From: Candidatus Staskawiczbacteria bacterium
Lineage (GTDB): Bacteria; Patescibacteriota; Minisyncoccia; Minisyncoccales; Staskawiczbacteraceae
Assembly: GCA_026395175.1 (NCBI GenBank)
Contig: JAPLZF010000015.1
Coordinates: forward strand, 21,066-85,065
Direction of reading: 5' to 3'
Length of the DNA: 64,000 nt
The position numbers and the translations under genes were made by a program. Of the stretch, positions 33,490 through 42,556 are shown in pieces; within the stretch, counting starts at the first letter, position 1, and the number at the start of each line of letters is the position of its first letter. The notes under the pieces were generated by a model that had not been told where the DNA came from, did no database searches, and saw only the letters and a list, made by a program, of their open reading frames with translations.

Positions 33490-33951
33490 CTACCCCCTTT
33501 TATGACTTTTTTCATTTCTATTTTGCTTGTATATTTGATTTAATTGGTAATCATCCAGATTTTTTATTTCTTCAAGGATTTTTTCTATCCTTTCTTTGTA
33601 TTGTTCGGGAAATGCAACAATAAAAGTTTGTATTAAATCTTTATCTTTAGTGTACGGATTTGAATGAGAGATATCATTAAGTATTTTCAACAATATAAGC
33701 ACGTCTTTATCTCCAAGGTTAGGGACGTCTTCATGATAAATAACAAAATGTTTATTTGATAACCAGCTAAAATCCGATAACAATTCATCGAAATAATCCC
33801 AATTATCACAAAAATTTCCAGGAAATTTAAAAACATCTGCATAGCTCTGTAATAGCTCTTTTTTAGAAGCTATGCCGGTGGGAATAATACCCACATAGGC
33901 ATCTGGATTTTTATTGAAATCTTCAAGTTTTCCGAATTTAATGTTTACCAT
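33490..33951 (-). CDS. Barstar-like RNase inhibitor (immunity protein)
   Basis: 153 aa directly downstream of the Rhs toxin. FCDNWDYFDELLSD resembles the barstar NLDALWDCLTG helix region. Confidence 0.65.
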   Translation of the reverse strand: MVNIKFGKLEDFNKNPDAYVGIIPTGIASKKELLQSYADVFKFPGNFCDNWDYFDELLSDFSWLSNKHFVIYHEDVPNLGDKDVLILLKILNDISHSNPYTKDKDLIQTFIVAFPEQYKERIEKILEEIKNLDDYQLNQIYKQNRNEKSHKRG

Positions 33952-33955
33952 ATAT

Positions 33956-36900
33956 TTAGCGTTTAATTGTAGTTATACTTTGGTAATGGTCTGATGTATA
34001 ATACATATCGCCGTTTTTAGTGCCCACTAACATTCTTTCTGCTGTATTGGATGGTGCTCCAGAATTATTTACCGGATATTCTAAATATTGATTCCCGTTA
34101 TTGTAATTTAATTGTGAATGACCTTCGGCATTTCGATAAAATTCAGTTAATCCTGTGTTTTTATTAATTTTAGGTCCTATCTTTCCAGATTCTATCGCGT
34201 CAACAGTCGGCTGAAGATTAACCTTGCCTTGATATATACTCTTTCCAAACTGTTTTACGCTAGTGTCTATTTCTAAACTATTCTCTGCCGACAATGTCTT
34301 ACCTAACCCGCCTAATAATTTAGCTGTTGTTCCAGCTCCAATCCATCCACCCAACATTTCTCCAGAATTGTAATCAAACTGGTCTTTACTAATCTTCCCA
34401 GAAACACAATCTTGATAGTTTTTATATGATCCATAAACTGTCGCCGCACCTGCCATAGAAACCACGCCCACTCCAATACCTGTAGCAATTGCAGCAGGAA
34501 TCTCTATTGGTAAGGCTGTGATAGCACCAGCAACTAATACAGTTACAGCACCTGCATACACAACACCCCTTGCAGATCCTTGCACAAAAGTTTTCCAGCT
34601 TTGTCCTGTCGGATCGCTTAATGTTATCGGGTTGTTGCGTGAATAGCTGTAATAATTGAGTTGTTGCGGGTCGGCGAGAAACTTTTCGGGGTTGTCTCGT
34701 GATGCTGAATCTTCGGAGATAAATCTTGCCAGCGCGGAGTTGTAGTATCTTGCGTTGAGGTAATTTAATCCTGTGTCGGCGTCAAACTCCTGTCCGATGT
34801 ATTTTCTCTGTTCTGTGAAAGAACTTGTTTTGTTGTCTATGCGGATTGCGCCGAATGGGAAATAATCCATTGTTTCTGCCAGCGCACCAGCCGAGTCAGT
34901 CATCACGCTGGAAGAATTGAGCGAGTCGGTTGCGTTGTAGTAAATCTTGGCAACTGCTCCTGTTCCATTTATTGTAGCAATATTTTGGTTATTTGCAAAG
35001 ATGTGCTTTACAATAGATGTTGGGTTTTGGGTGGTTGGTGTTAGATATGAAGCGTTATAGTTTTGTGTTGGGTAATATGTCGAGCTCGCAAGCGAAGATC
35101 CTAAACCTGGCGAAGGATTAGTTGTAATTTTAATTCTCTGGCCGTTTGCGTCGTAGGCGTAAGTTGTGGTTGTGTTGGCAGAAATGTTTGTGGCAGAAAC
35201 AAGCCGGTTGTTGTAATCATAAGTGTACGAATTTATTCCGTCGCTTGTGATATTTCCATTTTGGTCGTACTGAAAATTATTAGTTCCCGGGTCGCCGATG
35301 GTAAAAGTTTTTGGCGAATTAGAAAGCAAAAAGTTTGCTCCGCCGGCGGAATCTATGCCGTAAATGTAAATCGTGTGCGGTTTGCCGTCTTGGTATTTTG
35401 CCGGAATTGAATAAATAAAGCGGTGGTTTCCGGTGTAAGCCGGAAAAACTTTTGTAACATCTGGGCTTGCGGTGTTGGCGGAAACTCGAGAAAGAAATGT
35501 TCCTGTTCCTATTGCGCCGTCTATGTAAATATCAACAGAAATTGATGTGTTTGGAACATCTGGGTCGGCTGTCCAGCCATAAGCTATCCAGCCGGCATAA
35601 GTGGTGCTCATAACGCCGTCAATGTATCCAACAGGAACGCGGTTTGAAGCCAAAATTATTTTGGCAATCGGCTCGGCAGATTTGCCGACCACAACTGTTT
35701 GCGAATTAGTTTTGGTTGCAGAAGTTTTTGTGACAGCGTCTGGATTTGCGTAAGAAGAACCTGCGTTATTTAAATTTCCTTTGTAATCGTAAGTTGTTGT
35801 TGTGTCGTTTAATTTTTGAGACAGCATATTTCCCAAAGCGTCGTAAGTAAAACTCTGAGTGTATGCTTGCTGGCCCGAGGCAACATTTGTTGCAGTTGAC
35901 GAAAGCAAGCGATACAAATCGTCATAAGTGTAAGCAACTGTCTTTTTAGAATCAGTGGCTGAATTGTCAACAAACTGAATAATATTGCCTACGTTGTCAT
36001 AGATATAAGCAAGATTTTGCAGTTGCGTTCCTGTGGCGGTGTTTGTAATTTTGTTTGCCAGCCGGTAAAGCTTTGCAGAATCGTAAGTGTTGGTGGAAAT
36101 TGCGCCATTGGCAAAACTTTCTGTAGTAATTTGCTCAAGCGGCGAATAATCAAAGTTTGAGATTACATTAGCAAACGCTGTGTCAGTTGATTCTTTTTTT
36201 TGTATCTGGTCAAGAAGACCGGCTGGATTGTAAATGTTTTTAATTTGCGAATTGTCAGGATTTATAATTAAAATTTGGTTTCCTTGGCGGTCAAAATTGT
36301 ACTGGGTTATGAAAGTTTTTGTGTCAATTATTTTTGTGTCTTTGGTTATGTTTCCCAAAGATGAATATTCATATTGCTCGGTTTGCTGAGCAGAAACGCT
36401 TTTGCACAAAAGTCCTTTTCCGTTTGGACAAGCGTCGTAAATAAAAGTTGCCTCCACGCCGGCTTTGCCGGCATAATCTTCGCTGGTTTTTCTGTTTAGA
36501 GCGTCAAAATTATAATTAATTGTCTGATTTTTCGCGTCAGTCAAACTGATTAAATTTCCAACATTGTCATAAGTGTAATTCCAAACACCAAAAACAGAAT
36601 CCGTAGGATTGTGCAAATCTTCTGCGATTAATTTTCTGTCCAAACCGTCGTAAGAAAAATTTCTGACATTTCCCAAAGCATCTGTGATGTTGATTAAGTC
36701 AGAAAGGCCGTTATACGAATAATAAGTGGAATAAATATTTGAAGCATTGTGTTCGCCAACTTGAATTAAATTCCCATAAGCGTCTTCATAAAAGTCTTTT
36801 GTTTTTCCGTTGGCATCGGTAACGGAAGTTTTCCAATTGTTGTAAGCTGTGATTGTCGCGCCAACAGAATTTATTGATGACACGGCGCGGTTTAATGCAT

Positions 36901-39900
36901 CATATGCGTAGCTTGTGTAAAGCGTAAAATCTTGGGTTGGCAAAGTCCTGCCAAAGCTGTTTGAAAAATATGGCAAAGATTCTTTCTGCAATTGTCCAAG
37001 ATTATTGTAAATATAATCTTTTGTCTCAAAATTATTATTCTCCGCAGATTTTTTTGTTTGGATAATTCTGCCTAATCCATCGTAATAATTATAACTATTA
37101 ACAGCCGTAGAAGAATCTAAATAATCAGTTTGCTGAACGCTCAAAGCACCAGAAGTGTCGGTGTAAATATAAAATGTTTTTTGAACCAATGTTGCCGGAT
37201 TTGCTTGGTCGGGCTGTTCTGTTTTTAAAATTCTTCCGAAGCCGTCGTAAGTGTTTTTAAAAACATTTCCGTTGGCATCTGTGGTTTGCGCAATTTTTCC
37301 GTTGGCGTAATTGTAAATATATTGCGTTGTCTGGCTTAAAGCATTGGTAATTATTGCCGGATAAAGATTATAGCTGTCGTAAGAAAAATTAGTTGCGTTT
37401 CCATTGGCATCTTTGCTTTGAGAAACAAGCCCATAATTATTGTAAACTTTTTGCGAGCTGGCGTAATTTGAATTATTTATCCAATCCTCTTCTTTTGTCT
37501 GGTTTCCCAAACTGACGCTGCCCAATGGCAGATTGTCGTAATAATATCGGCTTTCTTTGATTTTATTATTATTTTGTCCGCTGACAATTATGCCAGACGG
37601 ATAACCAACAACATTGCCACCGGCAGCGTAACTGATGTTAGTGATATATTTGTCATTGCCAACATCTGTGAAGCTTCCGTCATTATTTGCCAAAACTTGT
37701 CCCCATTCTATTTTTTGAGTTTGGTTGCCGTTGCTATTGTCATAGCTATAACTTTCTGTTTTGTCTTTGTGATTTATTGTTCCGTCATAATCTTCTTTTG
37801 TTGCTTGAATTAATTTTGCAAATCCGGCGCTGCCTGCCAAGTTATAACTATCCCATTTGTTTATATTCACCTGATAAAGTTTGCCGGAATTGTCATATTG
37901 CTCTGTCCTGTAAGCTTTTCCTATTTTAAAATAATTGTCCTGATATTGCCCGCGGGATGAATCGTTTCCTGAGCCGGTATTGTAAAAAGTTTTTGTCACA
38001 TTTTGCGCGCTATCAATTTGGTCTATTTCCGCAAAACCGGCAAGATTCCTGTCGAAAGGCCCTTTGTAATAATATGTCCCGCCAAAATACTGGTAATTTT
38101 CCGAAGAAACAATATTATTTACAGGATCTGTGGCATTAATTTTAGAAACAGTTTGAACCGACAAAGGCAATTTTGGATTGGGCAAATTGCCCAAACTATT
38201 GTTGTAAAGAGTTGACGGGGCATAAGAAATATTTATTGTTTCTCCGGTGTTTAACGTAATTGAATTCAACAAGTCATTGCCGGCTGGACTGAGAACCAAG
38301 TTGCTTGTTTGCTGAAAATATATTTCATTAGGGTTGTCGCCGGAAAAATTTCCGAGCGCAAATAATTTGCCGGCGTATGCGCTGCCTCCAACAGAAAAAT
38401 TATAAGGCAAGCTGACATCAAAAGGCTCAGCCCAGCCTTTGCCTGTGTTTAGAAATACTCTTTGAGCTGTAACCGTTTGGCCTGGCAGCGGCTGATATGG
38501 AATGCTGTCAACAACTTGCGTGTTGCTTGTGGCTTGAACCAAATCCACCAAGCCGTCGCCGTTGTAATCAATTACCCTTACTCCGAGTTCATGATTGCCA
38601 CCATAACCGGCGCCTTGGATATAATCACGAAATGAAAATAATGTTGGCGGAGCATAGTTGTCGCTTAAATAAAAATTTCCCAAACCGTCGCCCAGCCAAG
38701 TTTTTTGGACAGTTTCGTCATATGGATAATTATTTACTTCCTGATACTGATATTGCCCAATTTCATGATAACTGGCAATTATATCCAAAATTCCATCGCC
38801 ATTTACATCTGTGGAAATTATTCCGGCTACCGAATTGCCGTCTGCGTTTGGAAAATAAATTTTGTTGGATCCGGTTGAATTATAAGTGTATTCCGGCGGA
38901 CTATAACTTTTTTTCACAAAACTACTGCCGGTGTTTGAATAGTAAGCAGAATCTACGCTGGTGCCGGCAAAAAAATCCGGCAAGCCGTCGCCATTTATAT
39001 CAAAAAAATTAGCGTTGGGAAAAGATCCGTTAGTGCAAATTGAACCAATGCCGGGAATTTTAAACTGCCACGAAAAATCTTGGTTCCAGCCCGAACCTGT
39101 ATTTATAAATATTGCCGGTCCTTGGCAAGGAATAATTAAATCCGGCAAGCCGTCGCCGTTTATATCTGTAAAAAAATGAGTTGTTTGTAGAAAAGATGGA
39201 GAAGCAGAAACAAATATTGCCGGCGGCTGGTAAGATGGAGATTCTGTCCATCCGTTTTTTCCATTATTCAAGTAAGCTTTCTGCAGGACAAAACCGGACG
39301 ATGAATAAGAAATTAAAACATCGGTTAATCCGTCGCCGTTTAAATCCGCAAATTCGGCGTAGTCGGAAAATTGCTTAATGTCTGAAGGCAAGTCATAAGT
39401 TGTTTTGCCCGCGTATAAATCATTGGCATAATTAAAACTTGTTTTTGGCTTTGCAATTATATTCCCGCCGGCGGTTTTTCCTGATTCTGTTATGCTTTGA
39501 AGAATTGAACGGCTGCCGTTGCTTCCTGTCTCATAAGCTAAATCATATTTATTAACCCAATTTCCGCTTGCAGAAGCTGTTATTTGGCTTATGCGATAAT
39601 TAGTTGTTGCCAAAAATCCAGCGCCGTAGCTTGCGGTGTTGTCGGCTCTTGCCTCGGTTGCAAAACTAACTTCAAAAATTCCGCCGGTGTTTCCGTTGCC
39701 GGTGTATCTTATTGCCAAAGGATAAATTTGACCCGCGTCTTTAAAATAAGAATAAGAAATATAATTATTGTTGGCGTCTCTCACTTCCTGCAGCATCCAT
39801 TTGTAAACATTGCCAGGATTTTGCGGGTCGTTTTGCTGAGACGCGCTGTTATAACCAAACTTGTATTGCGTGCCGTCTTTGGCAACCACCAGCCATTGAT

Positions 39901-40510
39901 TGTTTGAAAAAGTATATTTGTTAAAACTGCCGTTTTCTGTTCTGGCAACAAAAGATGAACTATCAACAGTTGAAAGTTCACCGTCAAGCGAAGAATAAAA
40001 ATAATTTGAACTATACAGCGAATCTGTTCCGGTTTTATTCAACCGCTGAATATAAGGAATGTTCAGCTCCCAACCGTAGCCAAAAATGCCGGCTTGCTCA
40101 TTTTGACTGCTGTTATACGACAATGCAATATCGGGCTGTAAATTATTCCTGCCCGGAGGAATGGAAATTGGATAACTATAATTCAAAGCTCCTGTGTTTT
40201 TGTCTATTTCCGGCAGTTTTTGAGTCATCGAAGAAACAGAAGCTGGCGGTTGCGCTGGATTGCTCTGGTCTAAAGCTTTGCTCTCTGCAGTTTGGTCGGA
40301 CGGCGTAACTGCTTGGATGTTACTTTGCAAAGCATCGGCTGGCACCCCATCAGCCATCGGCGTGGTTGTGTCTAATGCCGGCACCGGCAAGACTGGCGTA
40401 TCTGAAGTGTCAGAAACAAAAACATCGTCTGATGTTTCGGCAAACGCAGGGGCAATTGGCGTTATTAAAAATGCAAAGATTAAAAAAGTTGCTGTAATCT
40501 TATAAGCCAT
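33956..40510 (-). CDS. Rhs/YD-repeat polymorphic toxin (SpvB-like N-terminus, FG-GAP/VCBS repeats, YD shell, barnase-like RNase C-terminus)
   Basis: The start is set to MAYKITATFLIFAFLITPIAPAFA (signal peptide). The SpvB-like motif is ALNYSYPISIPPGRNNLQPDIALSYNS..GYGWELN. There are four D.NGDG(L)(T/P/V)D repeats and dozens of YD repeats (Y.YD..G). The core end is DYFPFG..RYYNSALARF. A hydrophobic pre-toxin segment follows. The C-terminus FYRNAEGHS..YLEYPV..ERMLVG..GDMYYTSDHYQSITTIKR parallels barnase ..FSNREGKLP..WREADI..DRILYS..LIYKTTDHYQTFTKIR. Confidence 0.9.
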   Translation of the reverse strand: MAYKITATFLIFAFLITPIAPAFAETSDDVFVSDTSDTPVLPVPALDTTTPMADGVPADALQSNIQAVTPSDQTAESKALDQSNPAQPPASVSSMTQKLPEIDKNTGALNYSYPISIPPGRNNLQPDIALSYNSSQNEQAGIFGYGWELNIPYIQRLNKTGTDSLYSSNYFYSSLDGELSTVDSSSFVARTENGSFNKYTFSNNQWLVVAKDGTQYKFGYNSASQQNDPQNPGNVYKWMLQEVRDANNNYISYSYFKDAGQIYPLAIRYTGNGNTGGIFEVSFATEARADNTASYGAGFLATTNYRISQITASASGNWVNKYDLAYETGSNGSRSILQSITESGKTAGGNIIAKPKTSFNYANDLYAGKTTYDLPSDIKQFSDYAEFADLNGDGLTDVLISYSSSGFVLQKAYLNNGKNGWTESPSYQPPAIFVSASPSFLQTTHFFTDINGDGLPDLIIPCQGPAIFINTGSGWNQDFSWQFKIPGIGSICTNGSFPNANFFDINGDGLPDFFAGTSVDSAYYSNTGSSFVKKSYSPPEYTYNSTGSNKIYFPNADGNSVAGIISTDVNGDGILDIIASYHEIGQYQYQEVNNYPYDETVQKTWLGDGLGNFYLSDNYAPPTLFSFRDYIQGAGYGGNHELGVRVIDYNGDGLVDLVQATSNTQVVDSIPYQPLPGQTVTAQRVFLNTGKGWAEPFDVSLPYNFSVGGSAYAGKLFALGNFSGDNPNEIYFQQTSNLVLSPAGNDLLNSITLNTGETINISYAPSTLYNNSLGNLPNPKLPLSVQTVSKINATDPVNNIVSSENYQYFGGTYYYKGPFDRNLAGFAEIDQIDSAQNVTKTFYNTGSGNDSSRGQYQDNYFKIGKAYRTEQYDNSGKLYQVNINKWDSYNLAGSAGFAKLIQATKEDYDGTINHKDKTESYSYDNSNGNQTQKIEWGQVLANNDGSFTDVGNDKYITNISYAAGGNVVGYPSGIIVSGQNNNKIKESRYYYDNLPLGSVSLGNQTKEEDWINNSNYASSQKVYNNYGLVSQSKDANGNATNFSYDSYNLYPAIITNALSQTTQYIYNYANGKIAQTTDANGNVFKNTYDGFGRILKTEQPDQANPATLVQKTFYIYTDTSGALSVQQTDYLDSSTAVNSYNYYDGLGRIIQTKKSAENNNFETKDYIYNNLGQLQKESLPYFSNSFGRTLPTQDFTLYTSYAYDALNRAVSSINSVGATITAYNNWKTSVTDANGKTKDFYEDAYGNLIQVGEHNASNIYSTYYSYNGLSDLINITDALGNVRNFSYDGLDRKLIAEDLHNPTDSVFGVWNYTYDNVGNLISLTDAKNQTINYNFDALNRKTSEDYAGKAGVEATFIYDACPNGKGLLCKSVSAQQTEQYEYSSLGNITKDTKIIDTKTFITQYNFDRQGNQILIINPDNSQIKNIYNPAGLLDQIQKKESTDTAFANVISNFDYSPLEQITTESFANGAISTNTYDSAKLYRLANKITNTATGTQLQNLAYIYDNVGNIIQFVDNSATDSKKTVAYTYDDLYRLLSSTATNVASGQQAYTQSFTYDALGNMLSQKLNDTTTTYDYKGNLNNAGSSYANPDAVTKTSATKTNSQTVVVGKSAEPIAKIILASNRVPVGYIDGVMSTTYAGWIAYGWTADPDVPNTSISVDIYIDGAIGTGTFLSRVSANTASPDVTKVFPAYTGNHRFIYSIPAKYQDGKPHTIYIYGIDSAGGANFLLSNSPKTFTIGDPGTNNFQYDQNGNITSDGINSYTYDYNNRLVSATNISANTTTTYAYDANGQRIKITTNPSPGLGSSLASSTYYPTQNYNASYLTPTTQNPTSIVKHIFANNQNIATINGTGAVAKIYYNATDSLNSSSVMTDSAGALAETMDYFPFGAIRIDNKTSSFTEQRKYIGQEFDADTGLNYLNARYYNSALARFISEDSASRDNPEKFLADPQQLNYYSYSRNNPITLSDPTGQSWKTFVQGSARGVVYAGAVTVLVAGAITALPIEIPAAIATGIGVGVVSMAGAATVYGSYKNYQDCVSGKISKDQFDYNSGEMLGGWIGAGTTAKLLGGLGKTLSAENSLEIDTSVKQFGKSIYQGKVNLQPTVDAIESGKIGPKINKNTGLTEFYRNAEGHSQLNYNNGNQYLEYPVNNSGAPSNTAERMLVGTKNGDMYYTSDHYQSITTIKR
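34721..34794. repeat. 74-bp segment identical to 33193-33266
   Basis: See 33193-33266. Confidence 0.85.
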
Positions 40511-40517
40511 ATGTTTG

Positions 40518-40546
40518 ATAATGGCACAATCGTCTTGCAATGTCAA
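40518..40546 (-). promoter_or_regulatory. Promoter of the large Rhs gene (TTGACA-N17-CATTAT), apparently leaderless
   Basis: The minus strand reads TTGACATTGCAAGACGATTGTGCCATTATCAAACATATG. The -10 ends 7 nt before the ATG at 40510. Confidence 0.5.
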
Positions 40547-40564
40547 ATATTTTAAAAAACCTCT

Positions 40565-40589
40565 CAACTCGGGTTAATTGGTTAGAAAT
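40565..40589. repeat. 25-nt conserved box, copy 2 (upstream of the Rhs promoter)
   Basis: CAACTCGGGTTAATTGGTTAGAAAT is identical to 31186-31210. Confidence 0.8.
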
Positions 40590-40612
40590 TACGCATGACT
40601 ATATTTACGCTT

Positions 40613-41155
40613 CTATTTTATATTACAACTTTCAACTTGGGCTGTTTTTATGTCCTCGTTTGTTTGAGTAATTTTAATGCTATCAAGCATTCTTTTAATA
40701 AGAGTTTCTTGGGCTGAGGAAAAATAAAGAAAATTATAGTATGCAAACCTGACTATACGATTACCCATAGGAATATCATAAAAATCAACTGACTTATAAT
40801 CTCCAGAACCATTAAGATGATTAATGCTGGCGTTATAACCGTTAAAAGTAGTATCTGACCAATCAGGTTCTAAGGGATCCAAATAAGAAAAACCTACGCT
40901 AAAAAAATTATTTTTATCACTCATTTTTATCTTCATCGACAGTTCATTTTTGGTAGAAGTGTTTATAAATGAATTAGGATAATACACCTGGAACATCGCA
41001 TTTCCGCTTTTTACTTGTAGACAATTAGATAATTTTTCTTGTTGCTGGATAACAGGATTTTTTTTATGTTGAGGAAAAAAAATAAACAAACATCCTACAA
41101 ATAATAACATTGCCACTATTAAAAATAAAAATCTAAATATTTTTTGGTCAAGCAT
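40613..41155 (-). CDS. Membrane-anchored immunity-protein candidate for the CHAP toxin
   Basis: 180 aa with an N-terminal TM (FLFLIVAMLLFVGCLFIFF). It starts 7 nt after the stop of the Rhs-CHAP gene. Confidence 0.4.
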   Translation of the reverse strand: MLDQKIFRFLFLIVAMLLFVGCLFIFFPQHKKNPVIQQQEKLSNCLQVKSGNAMFQVYYPNSFINTSTKNELSMKIKMSDKNNFFSVGFSYLDPLEPDWSDTTFNGYNASINHLNGSGDYKSVDFYDIPMGNRIVRFAYYNFLYFSSAQETLIKRMLDSIKITQTNEDIKTAQVESCNIK

Positions 41156-41162
41156 ATATTCT

Positions 41163-42509
41163 TTATTTACTAATTGATTTTTTTGGTTGCAGAGCGCCTA
41201 AGCCGGGCCAATTAAAAGTCGCCGGAATGGATTGCTGGCTCGAGTAGCGGGTCCAAGAATCAACGTGAATTGGGCTATTTTTTGAACGGTCAGAAACAGT
41301 GTAACCACCATCTTTGTTTTGAGTAAAATTTTGAGCGAACAATGCCTTATCAGGTCTTGCATTCTGTTCTAATGTATAAATTGTCCCGCCATTATTATAC
41401 GCATTAGCTACCACTTCTACAATTGTTCCCACATGACCATAGCTCTGGTCATCGCTTGTCCATGTCATAAGGTCATTTTCTTGAGGCAACACAGAACTGC
41501 CATTTTTATAAACCGCCATCGAACCGGAATTTTTATTATTCTCCATCACTCTATTGACTTCCTTTTGATTGCCATAATTAATTGCACCCTCTTTTCCTAT
41601 TCCAGAAATGTTTATATCATATTGAGCCTTATAAAATTTTTGAACAAAAGTAGTACATTGCTGAAAATTATTTTCATCAAGAGGTCCGTATTCTCCACGG
41701 CTATTTACGTTCACACCTCTATAACTGGCTATTGCTTCCCCATAACTATAACCATAAATCCCTCCTAATGGTAAATACGGCTGTATTTCTGAAACTTTCT
41801 TGCCACTTGGATCGCTCAAAGTTATTGGATTATTCTGAGCGTAGCTATAAAGATTCAGCTGTTGCGGGTCGGCAAGGAACTTTTCAGGGTTATCTCTTGA
41901 TACTGGGTCTTCTGACAAAAACTTTGCTATACTGCTATTGTAATACCTTGCATTGAGATAGTCCAACCCTGTGGATGAATCGAAGTCCTGACCGAGGAAT
42001 TTCTTTTGTTGCGGGTTTTGACCTGTTGCTGTGTTGTCTAATCTGATTTGCCCGAAAGGAAAATAGTCAATTGTTTCTGCGGGTTTGTTGTCTATCGATA
42101 GAACATTTGTAATACTGCCTTGGTGGTCTGTTAAGACCGGCTGGAGAACAGCTGTTTGACCGGTTCCGCTGATTGTGGCAACCAATGTTCCGTTGGCATT
42201 AACATACTTTGTGATTTTTTCTGGAGATTTGTTGCCTTTGGAGTCGGTTGTATATGAAACGCTGTAATCTTTTGAGGGGTAATAGGTGGTTTCCGAACTG
42301 CCATCTGAATTTTGGACAACCATTTTTATTCGCTGACCTTGCGGGTCGTATGAGTAAGTTGTGACTGCGCCGGTGGATGTGTTTGTGGCAGAGGTAAGGC
42401 GATTGTTATAGTCATAGGTGTAAGTGGTGGCGAGCGCGGGCGCTATTGGCTGCAATGCAAAAATGAGAGCAAACGCCGCCACAATCATTTTGCGCAAAAC
42501 TTTACCCAT
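41163..42509 (-). CDS. Short secreted Rhs-repeat protein with a C-terminal CHAP amidase/peptidase toxin domain
   Basis: 448 aa with a signal peptide. YTYDYNNRLTSATN..YSYDPQGQRIK are YD repeats. The core end is DYFPFG...RYYNSSIAKFLSEDP. The CHAP-like Cys is in QQCTTFVQKFY and the His in YGHVGTIVEV. Confidence 0.75.
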   Translation of the reverse strand: MGKVLRKMIVAAFALIFALQPIAPALATTYTYDYNNRLTSATNTSTGAVTTYSYDPQGQRIKMVVQNSDGSSETTYYPSKDYSVSYTTDSKGNKSPEKITKYVNANGTLVATISGTGQTAVLQPVLTDHQGSITNVLSIDNKPAETIDYFPFGQIRLDNTATGQNPQQKKFLGQDFDSSTGLDYLNARYYNSSIAKFLSEDPVSRDNPEKFLADPQQLNLYSYAQNNPITLSDPSGKKVSEIQPYLPLGGIYGYSYGEAIASYRGVNVNSRGEYGPLDENNFQQCTTFVQKFYKAQYDINISGIGKEGAINYGNQKEVNRVMENNKNSGSMAVYKNGSSVLPQENDLMTWTSDDQSYGHVGTIVEVVANAYNNGGTIYTLEQNARPDKALFAQNFTQNKDGGYTVSDRSKNSPIHVDSWTRYSSQQSIPATFNWPGLGALQPKKSISK

Positions 42510-42556
42510 ATGTTTTTACCCTGTCAAACTCGATAACTAAAATTATTTTTTATACC

